This document shows, piece after piece, positions 49,506 to 63,398 of a DNA stretch of 64,000 nt (positions are counted from its first letter, which is position 1; each line of letters begins with the position of its first letter). The notes below the pieces were generated by a model. It was not told the origin of the DNA. It saw nothing but the letters and a program-made list of their open reading frames with translations, and did not search any database. Source of the stretch: Callorhinchus milii (taxonomy: Eukaryota); contig NW_024704742.1 of assembly GCF_018977255.1 (NCBI RefSeq), positions 32,118,001 to 32,182,000 on the forward strand, written 5' to 3'. Both the position numbers and the translations under genes were made by a program.

Positions 49506-52500
49506 CGAGTTTGCATAACGTTGTGTCTTTCGAAGGTTAGAAATGAAAGTCTACAGTTTATCAGAATCAGCTTTGGATTTGTGCCATTATAAGCTTGTTC
49601 TCACTTAACTTAATTTGTTCCTAAATGGTACCTCTAAGGTGTCCAAATTCAAAACAAAAAAAAAATCAGGAAAACAAAATAGTTGAGAAGACAATCTTGG
49701 CAACATTTAACAGAACTGATTCTCAGAGAGAAGCAAGACTGCAAGACGCTGTATTTCAGTTCCAGATCAGTGGGTGAGTCTCAATGTCTTGCTGTGAAAT
49801 GTAAACCACCTGCACAAAATTAATATGCAGTGTGAGGAAACTGAATTGCCTTTGATTCATCCCATTTATTTTCTGCCCAACATCCTGGAGAAGGTATCAA
49901 TCAGTGTGAGATTCTTTGTCTTTTCAACAGTTGGATGAGACTTCTGATATCATCCATCAAAGACTCGTGGAGCTCGAGGATGCATCATTAATAATAGGAG
50001 AGACGTCACTGTCAACAGCTTGGAGCTGCTCACTAGCATATTGATAAAGCAAAGGGAGAAGAAGCAAGAAGCAATCCTGTTAAATTGATGTGGTGAAGAC
50101 AAGAGGGACAGAACTAACACATTTTGATGCAATGGTAATCTTAGGATTTTAGGAATTTTGTGATAGAATTGTTTACAGCACAGAAGAAAGCAATTCTTTG
50201 TCAATCCCAGACCTTTTAATATCAATTTTTCTGATCCATTTTTTCCCTTCTTCCTCACCTTTCGTCTAGTTCTGATCAATGCACTTCGACAGATTCCAGT
50301 TGCTCGCTCAGTTCAAACCTGTCCTCACCCAATATCCATACACACACACCTTCCATCTCTTGTCAAGGAGACTGAAAATGTACAAAGGTTGATCCTTTGA
50401 TACCAGATAAAAGTCTGTTCAGTTCGTTTAAAGTGGCTCTGCAGATTGTGACCTGCAACTTCAGAAAAAAAGTACAGTAACATGGCCCTGTGTGGACAGC
50501 AGTGTATGTAACTGAGCTCAACCAGTCTTCATCAGCGTCCACCTGACCAGATAGATGGGACCTCTGACAATGCAACACTCCCGAGTATTGAACTGGAGTG
50601 TCAGCTTAGAGAATGTGCTTCCGAGTCCCCACATGGGGCTTGAACGCACAACCCCAAATAATTCCCCACATGCAAAGTGAAAAAGTGTATGCTGCTGACA
50701 CAATATAACAAGCCCTGGATGGACTCTGGATGATACATCCTAGGTATTCTGATGGAATGAGCTGGTTAACCAGTCACTTGCCTTCGATGTGCTATTGTGC
50801 ATGCTATGGTGAATGACTGATTTGATACAGTCATTAACAAGTGTGTTCATCATTAAATCCTGTTTCCCTTCCATTCCTACTCATTCGTGCTCTGGATAAT
50901 GGTCACCATTGACAGCTGTGACCCAATTTACAGATATTCTTTTTCAACCAACTCTTACATAAATCAAAATATCTGGCCAGCTATTTATTTTTAATTGTTT
51001 CTTCCTACTGCGCTTGCAACTGTGTTCAGAAGCAAATTATTCAAGGATTTACTGATCATGAAATCTGTATCTGTAGGTCTTAATACAGTAGAATGACCTA
51101 TACAGTACTTATGTAGCGATAGTTAAACAGTTACACAGTTATTAACAACAACAACAACAAGATTACATTTGTATAGCGCCTTTCATGTCGGGAGCACCTA
51201 TTTAAGTGTTTGACATTAGGCTTTTCCAGAACTGAACCAATCACAGAAATTTACATCACAGAATTGATAGCTTTCTCTGAAAGCCAGTGCTATTCCCTGC
51301 CCCGCCCTATTTCCATACTCCTTCAAGCCTCTATCTTTCACATGCCAGTCTTCTTTCTTCTTGAAACCCACAAATGGACTCTGCCTCTCCCACTTTACTT
51401 GGAACGGCATTCTACGTCCCTTCAACTCTCTTTGTGGTGTGACGGACTGGATAAAATTGTGTGGGTTAAGGATCTTCTGAGAATTTCTGATCATAGACCA
51501 GATCAATCAGCCAGGACATCGAGGGCCACATTTTGCCCAGTCAATTCACTCTACAGTGTATTCTGTGTAGCGATTTGAGACATCTCAATGACATGACAAG
51601 GTGCTTTATGAAGCACTTTGAGACGTCTCGGAAGATGTGATAAGGCGCTATTATCAAATATCAAGGATTACTATTATTATTTCAAATGCAAGGATTGGTA
51701 TTATTATCATTGCCCAAAAAGCTGTTTGTTTAGGACTTTGGAAACGACCAAGTAAAATGCTCCCCCACAATGTTAAACATCCTAATTCAGTCAGGGTGGA
51801 GGCTATAATGACAGTGGACATGAAAAGAAACCTGCAAGAGCTGGGAATCTGTGGGTCACCTGCAAGTTTTAGAATACTGTAAGTCTATTTACATTTTACA
51901 ACCAGACCATACAACACAGCACTGTTTTGCATAAAAATATTCTCCAAACTACTGGATTATGAATGGCAAAAGGTTACTTCCTAAAACTGATATCATCGTG
52001 AGTTTACCATCTAATTTATAACAGTGGTAAAAGAAATACAAAACTTGCAACAAAGGGAATACTGAAAACCTGACCTGAAGGTTCTCAAAGTAATTTTTGA
52101 TTGAACACAGCAAACTGAAAAGTGGGTATTGTTAAAATCACCAATTTTATTTTATTTCCAATGAAGGGGGGGGGGGGGGGCGGGCTCGACTTCCAAAAAG
52201 ATATGTGGTCAAAGGACATCAATGTAGTGACAGGAAAAGGCACCAAGAGACATTGTTCTTTTGTAAGGAATAAGGACTGCTTCTCTTTTCCTTAAGATAA
52301 TTTGGACGGAAATGATTTATGCATTTACAATAGAGAATAAGGGATCAATTCTGAGTGATTATAAAGCTCCATAGTCTAATTGAGGCATTTGTACAAGAGA
52401 CTCATGCAGACAATTAGCTGCTTATCTGAACTGCTGACAAACAAAAAACAAGGTGCCAGAGAGCATTTTCTGGGTTGCACACCGCTTCCTACCCTCATTT

Positions 52501-52699
52501 AATCACTCAGTTTTGGTGCTGACTGTGGCTGCCAGTGCTATTGCCTGGATCAGTGATAACATTCACACAAAAGGATTAATAGCCTGTGACATCACTGCTG
52601 CAGATTAACCCAGAAATAATCTTTTATTCGTTGCTGGGAACTTCAGCAACCAGTACACTGTACTATACACACCAGGGCAGCACTTTGCTGAAACAAGCA

Positions 52700-54280
52700 A
52701 TCGTTTTGCAGCCCATGTCGTTTCCCGCACCAGGCTCCGCGACCCTATCACCCCCATCCTCGCCCAACTCCACTGGCTTCCCATCACGCAGAGGATACAG
52801 TTCAAGATCCTGGTCCTCCCCTTCAGAGCTTTCCATGGCCGTGCTTCCCCCCCCTACCTCTGCGACCTCCTAACCCTCCACCAACCTGTCCACTCCCTCC
52901 GCTCAGCGGACTCCGGCCTACTTCATGCCCCCAGCCCCAACATTTGCGGGCGGACCTTCTGATGATTGGGCGGTCGGGCTGGAGACCTGGAGCATTGGAG
53001 GCAATGAACAGGTTGATAGGGAGGTCAGAGATGAAGGAGAGGGCAAGGCTGGGGAGAGCCTTGAAGATGAGGACGAGGATTATGAATTCTATCCTCTGAG
53101 GGATGGGGAGCCAGTGGACCCGGGCGAGGTTGATGGGGTCATGTGGTCTGGTGTGGGAGAGGACACGAGCTGCAGAGTTCTGGATGATCTGCAGCTTGTG
53201 GAGGGAAGAGTTGGGGAGGCCGACAAGGAAGGAGTTTCCATAGTCAAGCCTTGAGATGACAAATGCGTGTATGAGGGTTTCGGCGGCCTGAGGGGTGAGG
53301 CAGTGGCGGAGTCGGGCAATGTTGTGGAGGTGGGGGAAGGTAGAGCGGGTCATGGCACGGATAAGGGGGAGAAAGGACAGTTGAGGGTCGAACAGGCTCA
53401 TTCACAGCTCTTGGGTACATTTAGTATAATAACAAGAGCCTCAGCAGTTCAGAGGAAAACATTGCGAGTAATTCTTTGAGGCACTAAAAACAGCTGCAAT
53501 CACCTCCACCCTGAAAAACCCTTCCTTGGACCCACCCCTGCCTTCTAACTATCAGCCCATCTCCAACCCCCGTTTTCTTTCGAAGGTCCTCAGAAGAGTT
53601 GTTGCTTGCCAGCTTCACTCATTCTTCTACCACTCCCTTCACGAGCCCCTCCATTCCAGTTTCTGTGCTGCTCACAGCATGGAAACTGCTCTGATCAAGG
53701 TGACAAATGACATTTGTCTGCCTCCTCATCCTCCTCAATCTCTCTGCTGCCTTCAATACGGTGGACCACTCCATCCTCCTCTACCGCCTCTCCTCTCACC
53801 ACAACCTTCAAGGTTCTGTCCGTGAATGGTTCATGTATTGCCTCTCACACCATCTCCAATTTGTCTCAGCCATCGATTTCTCTTCCAGCCCCCGCAGTCT
53901 TGTGTAGTGTTCCTCAGGGCTCTGTCCTCGGCCCCCTCCTTTTCAACCTCTACATGCTCCCCCTTGCTGACATCATCCGCAAACATGGGGTCAACTTCCA
54001 CATGTACGCAGATGACACCCAACTCTATATCTCTGCCTCCACCCTCGATTTCAGGGTCTGTCAGATTGACTGTCTGACATCAAGTCCTGGACGGTAGCCA
54101 ACTTTCTACAGCTGAATGTCAGCAAGACTGAGGCCCTCCTGATTGGCTTCGTACCTGGGCGAAGAACCCTCCTCTTCGACTGTGCCTTCAATTACCCTCT
54201 TTCCCCCCCCGGCCATCCACCCTCCCCGATACTGACCCCCAGCTCAAGTCCGAAACATTGACTGTCCAGCGCCTTGGGTT
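52700..54280. mobile_element. Cluster of three L2 fragments (+ ~52700-52940, - ~53005-53397, + ~53486-54280)
   Basis: RT motifs [18 protein letters not shown] and YADDTQLY, and SRLDYGNS, on alternating strands. Confidence 0.85.
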
Positions 54281-55859
54281 GTTAGTCGATTCAAAGATTG
54301 CTTTTCCAGTGGTAATAATCTCTTAAAAAAAACTAATAATAATTTGGTCATTCAATCCACAACGGTTTGTGGGAAACTGCTGTGCACAGTTGACTGCTGC
54401 GTTTTGCCCATTAAATATACAATCAATTCACTCTACTGTGAAGAGCTTTGAGATGTCTCAAAGACGTGATAAGGTGCTATATCAATTGCAAGGAATATTT
54501 TATTATTTAGAAGCATTCAAGGAATGGTACATCTGGGATCCCAGGTTTGTTCACAGCTGTTGGGCACATTGAATATAACAACAAGAGCCTTGGCAGTTCA
54601 GAGGAACTCATTGCAAGTAATTCTTTGAGGCACTGTTTTGTGTTTAATTAATGAGTTACATTTACAACCAGAATTACAAGTACTAGATTTCCATTCAATA
54701 GTAAATACTGCAACAAAAGACAAACGGGGTAATTCTTCTGTAAAGAACAATGAAAATCAGATGTTGATGTAGTTTGTTTCAACTTGGCATCAGTCCAATG
54801 GTTTGCACTCAAAATTTCTCTGCTCTCGATTGTGGCAATCAACATGTGAATTCTGCTAAAAACAGGACAATTACTGAATTCAGTTAATACATAGTGAAGT
54901 AGCTTAAATGTTGTTTCTGTAACCTAAAGTAATTGGATCAGCCATATGACCACATCCCAAGCACTAAGATAGTGGCAATTTTGGGGTGTTCACTGATTAT
55001 GGCCATTCTTTGTTGGAAATTTGTGGCATTTCATAATGTGCTATGTTTCAACGACAATTTATTTATCATAGCGGGAGAACATCTCAAAGCACTATTCACA
55101 GCTAACTGGGAGCCCAAGGTTGGGGTGGCGGGGCTGGGGGGGGATCAAAAATATTCACATTGAATAGAGTGGAATTTGAAACAATATGAAAATGCTTAAT
55201 TCTTAATGTCATGATATTTTGGATTTATGCATTTTGATGCATTTTTATGATTAAAGCTCAAAATACAAATAAAATATTTATTTCCAGCACAACTGATCCT
55301 TGGGCCTCCTGAGAAAGCAACAGAATTGATTCTGTTTGTTAAAGGAACTATAGGACTCTTAAACCTCAAAAAGACAGACATCAAAGGGGTCCGAGAAAGG
55401 TTTGCAAGATGCTTAGAGAGAAAACAAACCCAGAACAATCCAATAAGATATGCCAAGGTACAAGGACACATTACATAGATTATACAGCACAGAAACAGAA
55501 TACTCGGTCCAACCAGTCCAAGCCGGTGTTTAAATCCAAGGCAATTGGCTGCCGCGTTTCACCCACAAAATATACAGCCAGTTCACTTTACAGTATATTC
55601 TGTGAAGCGCTTTGAGACGTCTCAAAGTCGTGATATCAAATGCAAGGATTATTATTATTACTTTACTCCCTTCTATTTTCATCTCCAACATTCTGAAGAT
55701 CAACACTATCTGATTCAACCATCAATGGATGCAGCTACACTATCAGATTCAACCATCACTGCAGGCAGTGAGTTCCACTATCTCACCAGCATTTGGTGAA
55801 GTAGTTCCTCCTAAATACTACTCTAGATCCCTATCTATCATTTTGAATCCAAAATCGAG

Positions 55860-57510
55860 CGATACGTTCCCCCACCTCTGTCCTATCCACCACCACCCCC
55901 ACATCACCTCTCCCACATGACCCACCCCTCACCCATTCCCCTTCGACCCTATCGCTCCCTCCTCCCTCACTGCCATCATTTGTAAACTTAAACCCACCAC
56001 CTGCTCCCTCGATCCCATCCCCATCTCTCTCCTCATGCCCCAGCTCCACCTTCCGGCCCCTCTCTTGTCCGATGTCATCAACCTCTCCTTGGCCACCGGT
56101 TTAGTTCCCACCCACCTAAAGACAGCTGTTTTCACCCCCACCCTGAAAAAATCTTCCCTGGACCCATCACTCCTCTCCAGCTACCGCTCCATCTCTAACC
56201 TCCCATTCTGCTCTAAGGTCCTGGAACGGATCATTGCGTCCCAGCTCCACTCCTTTCTCTCTCGCCATTCCCTCTTTGAACACCTCCAATCCGGCTTCCG
56301 CGCTGCCCATAGCACGGAAACAGCCCTGGTCAAAGTGACTAATGACATTCTGAACATGTGTGATCAGGGTTCCCTCTGCTTCCTTGTCCTCCTCGAATTC
56401 TCTGCACCTTCGACACTGTAGACCACTCCATCCTCATACACCGCCTCTCCTCTTTACTTAATCTTCGCGGACCTGCCCTTGCCTGGTTCAATTCCTATCT
56501 CTCTCACCATCTTCACTTTGTTGCCTCTAAAGGTTCCTCCTCCAGTCCCCGCACTGTCAAGTCTGGCATCCCCTAGGGCTCTTTAATATCTACATGCTCC
56601 CCTTGGTGACATCATCTGCAGACATGGTGTCAACTTCCATATGTATGCGGATGATACCCAACTCTATCTTTCTGCCCCCACCCTCAACTCCAGGACCACT
56701 GCTGTCCTGACAGACTGTCTGTCGGACATCAAGTCTTGGATGAGGGCAAATTTCCTACAGTTGAATGTGAACAAGACTGAGGCCCTCCTGATTGGCTCAC
56801 ACCAGCGCCTCTGCACCTCAGGTTCTGGTAGCATCAACCTCCATGGTTGCACACTTCAACTCACCGCCAGTCAGGAGCCCGGGTGTCTTGTTCGACCCTC
56901 AACTGTCTTTTCTTCCCCACATCCAAGCCATGACCCGCTCTGCCTTCCCTCACCTCCGTAACATCGCCCGACTCTGCCACTACTTCATCCCTCAGGCCAC
57001 TGAAACTGATATTCCAGAACTCTGCAGCCCGTGTCCTCTCCTGGACCAAACTCGTGACCCCATCTCCCCCACACTTGCCTGACTCCATTGGCTCCCTAAC
57101 CTTCAGAGGATCCAGTTCAAGATCCTGGCCATCACCTACAAAGCCCTCCATGGTCTCGCCCCACCCTACCTCTGCGACCTTCTAACCCCCTACCAACCCA
57201 CCCTATCCCTCCGCTCAGCCGGCTCTGGCCTGCTCCACGTCCCCTGACCCACCCACCTCACCATTGGCGGGAGCCTTCAGCCACTCTGCCCCCAACCTCT
57301 GGAATTCGATTCCCCAATCACTCCGCCTCGCCCCCTCCTTAACCTCCTTCAAGTCTGCCTCAAGACCCTTCTCTTCGACCATGCCATCAGTCAGCCCCCC
57401 TCCCTCTCCCTTCTCCCTCCCTGACCCCAGCTCGGGTCTGAAAAGCTGTACACTGGGCCTTGGGACATCCTCCCGACATGAAAGGCACTATACAAATGTA
57501 ATCTTGTTGT
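55860..57510 (+). mobile_element. L2-clade LINE, longest fragment in the window, degenerate
   Basis: [45 protein letters not shown], 3' stem-loop tail. Multiple stops and frameshifts. Confidence 0.92.
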
Positions 57511-60119
57511 ATCTTATATTTGCATCCCCTGGTTACTGACTTTCCAATCAGTTAAAAATACCAGGAAGATATTTCTTTATGCAGAGGGTTGAAGCTTCAA
57601 GCAACGTTACCAATAATAACCTCACATTTAATATCATGCCTATAAATGTCAAAACACTTAATCTTGAAGCACTTTTTAGATAATTGATAATTGGTGTAAA
57701 GCACAATGACTGTGGGACCTTGCTGCGTGCAAATCAGCAGTTTCATTTGCCTGCAAATATTGCACTACAGGTCATCACACTTTGCAGTAAAGTCCAGTGA
57801 AGTACTTTGAGATATTGACAATGTGATAGGGTGCTATATTAAGTGCAAGGATTATTATTGCAATATGTCTCAGTGCCTAGACATCGGATGGAAAGTTCAG
57901 CAGCAATTTCAGTGACCTTTTTGGAAAGTCTCCAATATGTAGATGTCAGATGAAGAATGGCGATTTAGGCAAATATGATGCCCATGAAACTTTACTCAGT
58001 CTGTGCCTTCAGCAACATGTTTGTTCACCATCCACTCTTACACTCTCCAAATGGCACCCAGTGAATACACTCATACAATATTATGGCTGAGTAAATTTCA
58101 ATAGCAGGAATGCAGTGAAGAAGCTATTTTACTGCCGCAAACCCTAACAAATAATTTTTTTTCTCTTGTGAGTGTACCACATAATATATAATGTATAATA
58201 CAAATCAAAAGCATAAACAAATATCATACTCTTGTCAGGTTACAGTCAGATTTAATAAAGGAAATTAATTTTATTGCTTTATTTATTGATTGGATAAAAA
58301 AAATCAATTCATTAACCTGAAATAGAAGCTCCTATTAAAAGTGATTGAAAGATTATCAATGCTGAACATGGAAAATAATCAACAAATAATTTCCTGTACT
58401 TTGAAGAAGTACAAATTATCATCATCATGAACAATAAATCTGGTTATAAATGCCACAAACATTTAAAGTGCAACTAACAGTTTGACAGATGTGTTGGTTC
58501 CTCTGATTGAAGGTGGAAGATCCTAATTTCGTTATGTGGTGGTTTTCCCAAAGTTCAACATTTATACAGATCTCAGAATAGGAGGTTTAACAATAATAAT
58601 CCTTGCATTTGATATAGCACCTTATCACATCATTGAGATGTCTCAAAGTGCTTCACAGAATCTACTGTAAAGCAAATTGACTACATGTTTTGTGGGCAAA
58701 ATGTGACATCCAAATATGCACAGCTGTGTCCCAAGAAGTCGTGGATTGAATGACCAAATCATTTATTTATGCATTTATTTTTAAAGGGATTTATTACCCC
58801 TGGAAAAGCAGTTCAGCAATCGACTAACAACCAGGTTGCTACTTAATGCTAGTTCCTCATTCTGCATAACATCTTAAACAATGACGAGGTTGGAGTAACC
58901 CAGCCCTGCAAATTCAAGGCATCGACCTATAATAAACAACCAGAACACATTACCACATTGCTGAACTACATGAAATGGTTTGTCCAAGATCAACGCATGT
59001 TAGGCAACAATATGTTGCAGTTTGTACAGAAAAAAAAGGAAGCTATTACTGTACTCTGCTTGTCAAATACTGCCACTATCTTCAGTAGCACAAATAGTTT
59101 AATAGTCCAACAATCAAAACAGCACATGAAGAGTTTGGTCCCATTTGCTGTCAACATTTATTAGCTCATTTCAATGTGCAATTTAGAGTCACACAGTTCA
59201 TATTACAGTTATATTTGTAGTAACAGTCATAGAAGGTACCATTTTGGTGCTCAAGTCACAGGCTCGGTAGACAGTCAGCCCTCAAGTGTCTGTGGACTCT
59301 CACTGTCTGCCAACAGGCCAGCTTCACCATCAGAGGGGTCTTGTAACTCAGAATCTTCCCTTTACTTCCCACCATGTAAGCAAAATGTAGCACCACATCA
59401 GCATCAATAGCACACTGCCTACAGGGAACATGTGCAATCTTCCTGTAGCCATTCTTGTTTTATAATATATATATATTTTGTAGTACCATCAAGTTCAGTA
59501 CAAATAAAATCCAATATTCAATTTATGATATTGCTATGCCAGACTTGGCAACTACGGTTCTGTGCAAACAAAACAAAATTACAGAGTAAAACGATCTTCC
59601 CCATCACGGCTATTCCAGCTTGCTAGTTACACAGGTCCAACCTTTCACTTCAGCAGACCAATACCGTTTGCCAGGAGTTTCTGTGCTCTAGCTAGGTATA
59701 GGTTAGTGGTAACAAACAAAAATAGTGCAGTACTTTGTAGAATATTTTTGGGGGCTATAGAATATTTATGCCTTTCTGTTGCATTTTTTTAAAATTACTT
59801 TTCGTTTAAACAGGATGCATTAGTTTGCTATCCATCGCCAAGTTACTTAGCATAAAGTGTCTTTTCATCCATTTTTAAAAAAAAATCATTTCCCCTCCCT
59901 CTAAATTATTATTAGGTATATTCTTTTATTTATTTTCATATAAAAAAATACTCATTTGCAGCAGAAGGTAAATACTAAATCACAGACGAAGGTTAATTGT
60001 TAAAAGGCAGATTAGGTTCTTTCACATTCAGTCACTCACAGGCTTCATTGAGGATATGATGAATAATTCTCGCTCGTAATTAAAGTCTAATAACACGGTG
60101 TGGAATAGTGAGTTGTGCG

Positions 60120-60319
60120 TCATCGTTCATCCTTTGTGCTTCCTTCTGTTTGTTCAACAGTCACTCCATTGCCATTTCCAAATGGCCCTTTTCTGTTCAA
60201 GTCTTTTTCCACATAGAACTCTGCCCAGACAGGACAGTGATCAGATGCCACTCCACCCCATGACCAGTTGTCAGGAATCCACGGATTAGTCAGCCCTTCC
60301 CTAACAACGGCCCACTGAC
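60120..60319 (-). CDS. EEPD1: EEPD1 terminal coding exon (SDH motif)
   Basis: ccctattccag| then (G)QWAVVREGLTNPWIPDNWSWGGVASDHCPVWAEFYVEKDL...STKDER-TGA. Closely matches the vertebrate EEPD1 C-terminus. Confidence 0.95.
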
Positions 60320-61259
60320 CTGGAATAGGGCGGAAGGGAAGAGAATAAAACATTGAGAAAGGCAAGCCATGGAAAGTCCAAAGGACCATGAATAGGAAAC
60401 CATCCGTGTAATAGCGCGTCATGCTTGTGGACGCAGAGTGAAGCTTCAAAACCCTGTTGGAGCGCAACCAGGGGTTTCGTCTCTGCCTCTGTTCCTCTCA
60501 TCCTCCTATCCCTATTCTCCCTGGCCTCCACCCTTCCTGATCCCAAACCCCTGCTCGGGTCCAAATCCCTGACTGTCCATTGCCTTGGGACGTCCACCTG
60601 ATGTGAAAGGCGCTATTCAAATGTAATTTGTCGTTGTTGAATCTGGGAAGCAAACTCGGAGATTAAAGGGGGACAGGGAAAAATTAACCCACCAAAAAAC
60701 AAACCCTTACAACAATCCAGTAATTATACAAAGGAAATGACAGATGGAATTCTCAATCAAGGCAAGTCTGGAAAAACAAGAAACCTGTGCAGCAAATAAA
60801 AACAACTGAGCAGAATAAATTAACTGGGAGTGGAGAAATGAGAATCACATGACAGTAGCAGCTAAAACTACCCAAATGCACCAATTAAAAAAAAACAGTT
60901 CAAAGTACGTGGAAAATGGTATGAGAGCAGCTTTTACATAAAGTGGTAAACTGTGTTGTGGATACACTACTCTTTGTTTTTTTTCGCACCATCACAATTT
61001 ACAAGGTTTGCACCACATTTACACCAGGAGTAATCAGTGATGCTAACTTACAATACAAATTTACGTAGCACCAATCCTGTTGGGAGAATCTAATAGAATG
61101 GTGGAACAGGCTTGAGCGGCTGAATGGCCTATTCCTGTTACTCTGTAATTGTCCCAAGACACTTAACAGTCCTGGCTTGCACCCGAGCTGGGGATGGAAA
61201 CCAAGGTGGTTGCACAGCTATCTTTGTTGAAAGTGGACACTGGGAAGGATATCATTATA

Positions 61260-61630
61260 GCAACAACAACAACATCTTGCACTTATATAGCACCCTCCAC
61301 GAAGGGTAGCGTCTCAGAGCGCTTAATAGTGGCAGGAGTGGGGGTAGGGTGGGCAGGTGGCCGTAAGCACGGTTGAAGAGGAAGATTTTCAGGCGGGACT
61401 TGAAAAAGGGAGGGGGCAAGGTGGAGGGATTGAGTGTTCGAGAGTTTTGGGGCGTAGTAGCTGATAGGGTGACCTCCGATGGTGGGGCGGAGGGTGCAAG
61501 GGACGAGCAGGAGGCCGGTGAGTCGAGAGGAGGCACCGGGTGGTGGATTGGGGAGTGAGGAGGTCGGAGAGGTCGGATGTGCCAGGGATTTGAACACGAG
61601 AGTGAGGATCGTACTCGTAATGTGGGGTAA
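61260..61630 (-). mobile_element. L2 3' fragment (second subfamily) in an EEPD1 intron
   Basis: Homologous to 10215-10560; (GTT)n tail. Other short L2 tails at ~24880-25220, ~37790-37930 and ~60490-60640. Confidence 0.8.
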
Positions 61631-62393
61631 TGTGTATCCTGTCCCTCTACCTTTCCACACTCAACACAGACTGAGGAACTTACCAGTTTGGAGTTTTGCA
61701 AAGCACCCAAAAAATGCTGCTGTGTGCAAAACCCGCAAGTTTATCAAACTGTGCAACTTCAGATAACAAATTGTGAATCCCCAATTGGCAATCTGATACT
61801 CACAAACCACAAATCACAATTATCCACAAATCCATTTGTTTGCAAATATCTCAGTTTAGATTTCAATCTGTGGTCAAGTTCCATAATTTTACAAATAACA
61901 AAAAAACCTAAATGCTTTGACACTGTGTCTACCTGAAGCGGCACCTAACCAAATTAGTGCTCACGTATTTTTCTCTTCCAGATGCTGATTGTCTCGCTGT
62001 AAGCGTTTCTGATTTTGTATTAAGGATACACTATGATGACTGGTTTCATATATTTTTTTAAAAAAAACAGTATTTGTTGGTGATTAATTCACTGAGAAAA
62101 GGAGGAAAATAACTGACACCCATTGGAGAGGATACAATTATTCCATTCTCAAGCAGCATAAGCATTGCCAAAGAACAGACAGGCTCACAGCATGTTTGCT
62201 GTCGTCTTGTATCCTGTGTGATTTTAATGTCACAAGATGGCACCAATGGAAAGTGCACAGGAACATCTTAATTGAATTCACATGACATCTGTTCCTTGAA
62301 TCACATGGTTTATTTTAATTGGAAAATAATCCAAATTGCAATCACTTGTCCCACGTACCCAATCTGTGCTGATAAGATCCGTCCAGTACATAC

Positions 62394-62588
62394 CTGAGTA
62401 CATCTTCTTCAGTGAGCGACTGATCCAGATATTATCTGTAGACTTTGAGCCCTGAGGGTTCTTAGTGCTAATGTTTGTGAAGGTATTTGCTGGAACACAG
62501 TGAACAAACTTCTCTTTCCGCAGGAGATCAATGTCGCAGGAGTCTGGTGACAGACTGAAGTCTCCCAAAATAATGATATCCTTCCCAC
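62394..62588 (-). CDS. EEPD1: EEPD1 penultimate coding exon (EEP domain, ILGDF motif)
   Basis: tttcatttcag| then (G)GKDIIILGDFSLSPDSCDIDLLRKEKFVHCVPANTFTNISTKNPQGSKSTDNIWISRSLKKMYS-G |GTATGT. 195 nt. Confidence 0.95.
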
Positions 62589-63262
62589 CTGAAATGAAAG
62601 TATGAGCAAAGTGATCATTTTATACAGTCCAGAGAACAGCATCATTTACCGAGGCGATGTTATCAGAATGAAACCCAACTCTGTCATGGTTCTGCCACCA
62701 ATATGGAGAAGTGTGAGCAGAAAGCCCATGCATTCATACTTGGGGCAATTTGGCAGCACCGAGCCACCAGTGAACTAGAAACTCTGATTCCATTGGGAAG
62801 TTGAGGAAATGCAGAGCTTTCCTTCTGTGATAAAACTGGTACTTGAGTAGCTCTGGTTTGATGCAAAGCCATTTTCTCATTCGTAACAGCAATGTGATCT
62901 GCCTGTCAGCATTTCTGATTTTGCATTAAGGATCCACCGTGAGGACTGGTGGGGACATTACCTTCAATAAAAAGTGGGTTTTCGGCTTGAATGTGATACA
63001 GTGTGATACTGAATCATAAAGAACAGAGCGGTCTTAGTTTGGACCTTGATCTGTACTAAGTTTCTGATCTCACATTTAGTGGGAACACCACATTTAGCCT
63101 CAGCATTCCAAAGTCTAGCGAAAGGGCTGAGAGTGGGGAGGGGCGGGATACGTAGACCTGCGTTTGTGGAAATTTGGGGTTTGGGTTGCATGCAGTGTGT
63201 AGTGGATGGGGGTGGGTAGGGAGGGTATTCTGTTCTCCAAAGATCGAAAGTGTGTTCTTTAC

Positions 63263-63398
63263 CTTTCAGGGTATCTTGCAGCACATCTGTAAACAGGGAG
63301 GTTTTCTGGCCCTCGGGATGAGGTTTCACTGTGTTCTCTCCCAGGGCAACAGCAGCTTTCATGTGAATATTGACCAGCATTACTTCAATTGTTCCAAT
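63263..63398 (-). CDS. EEPD1: EEPD1 third-from-last coding exon
   Basis: Minus strand ttctgtactcag| then IGTIEVMLVNIHMKAAVALGENTVKPHPEGQKTSLFTDVLQDTLK-G |GTAAAG. 136 nt; splices in phase to the next exon. Confidence 0.88.
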
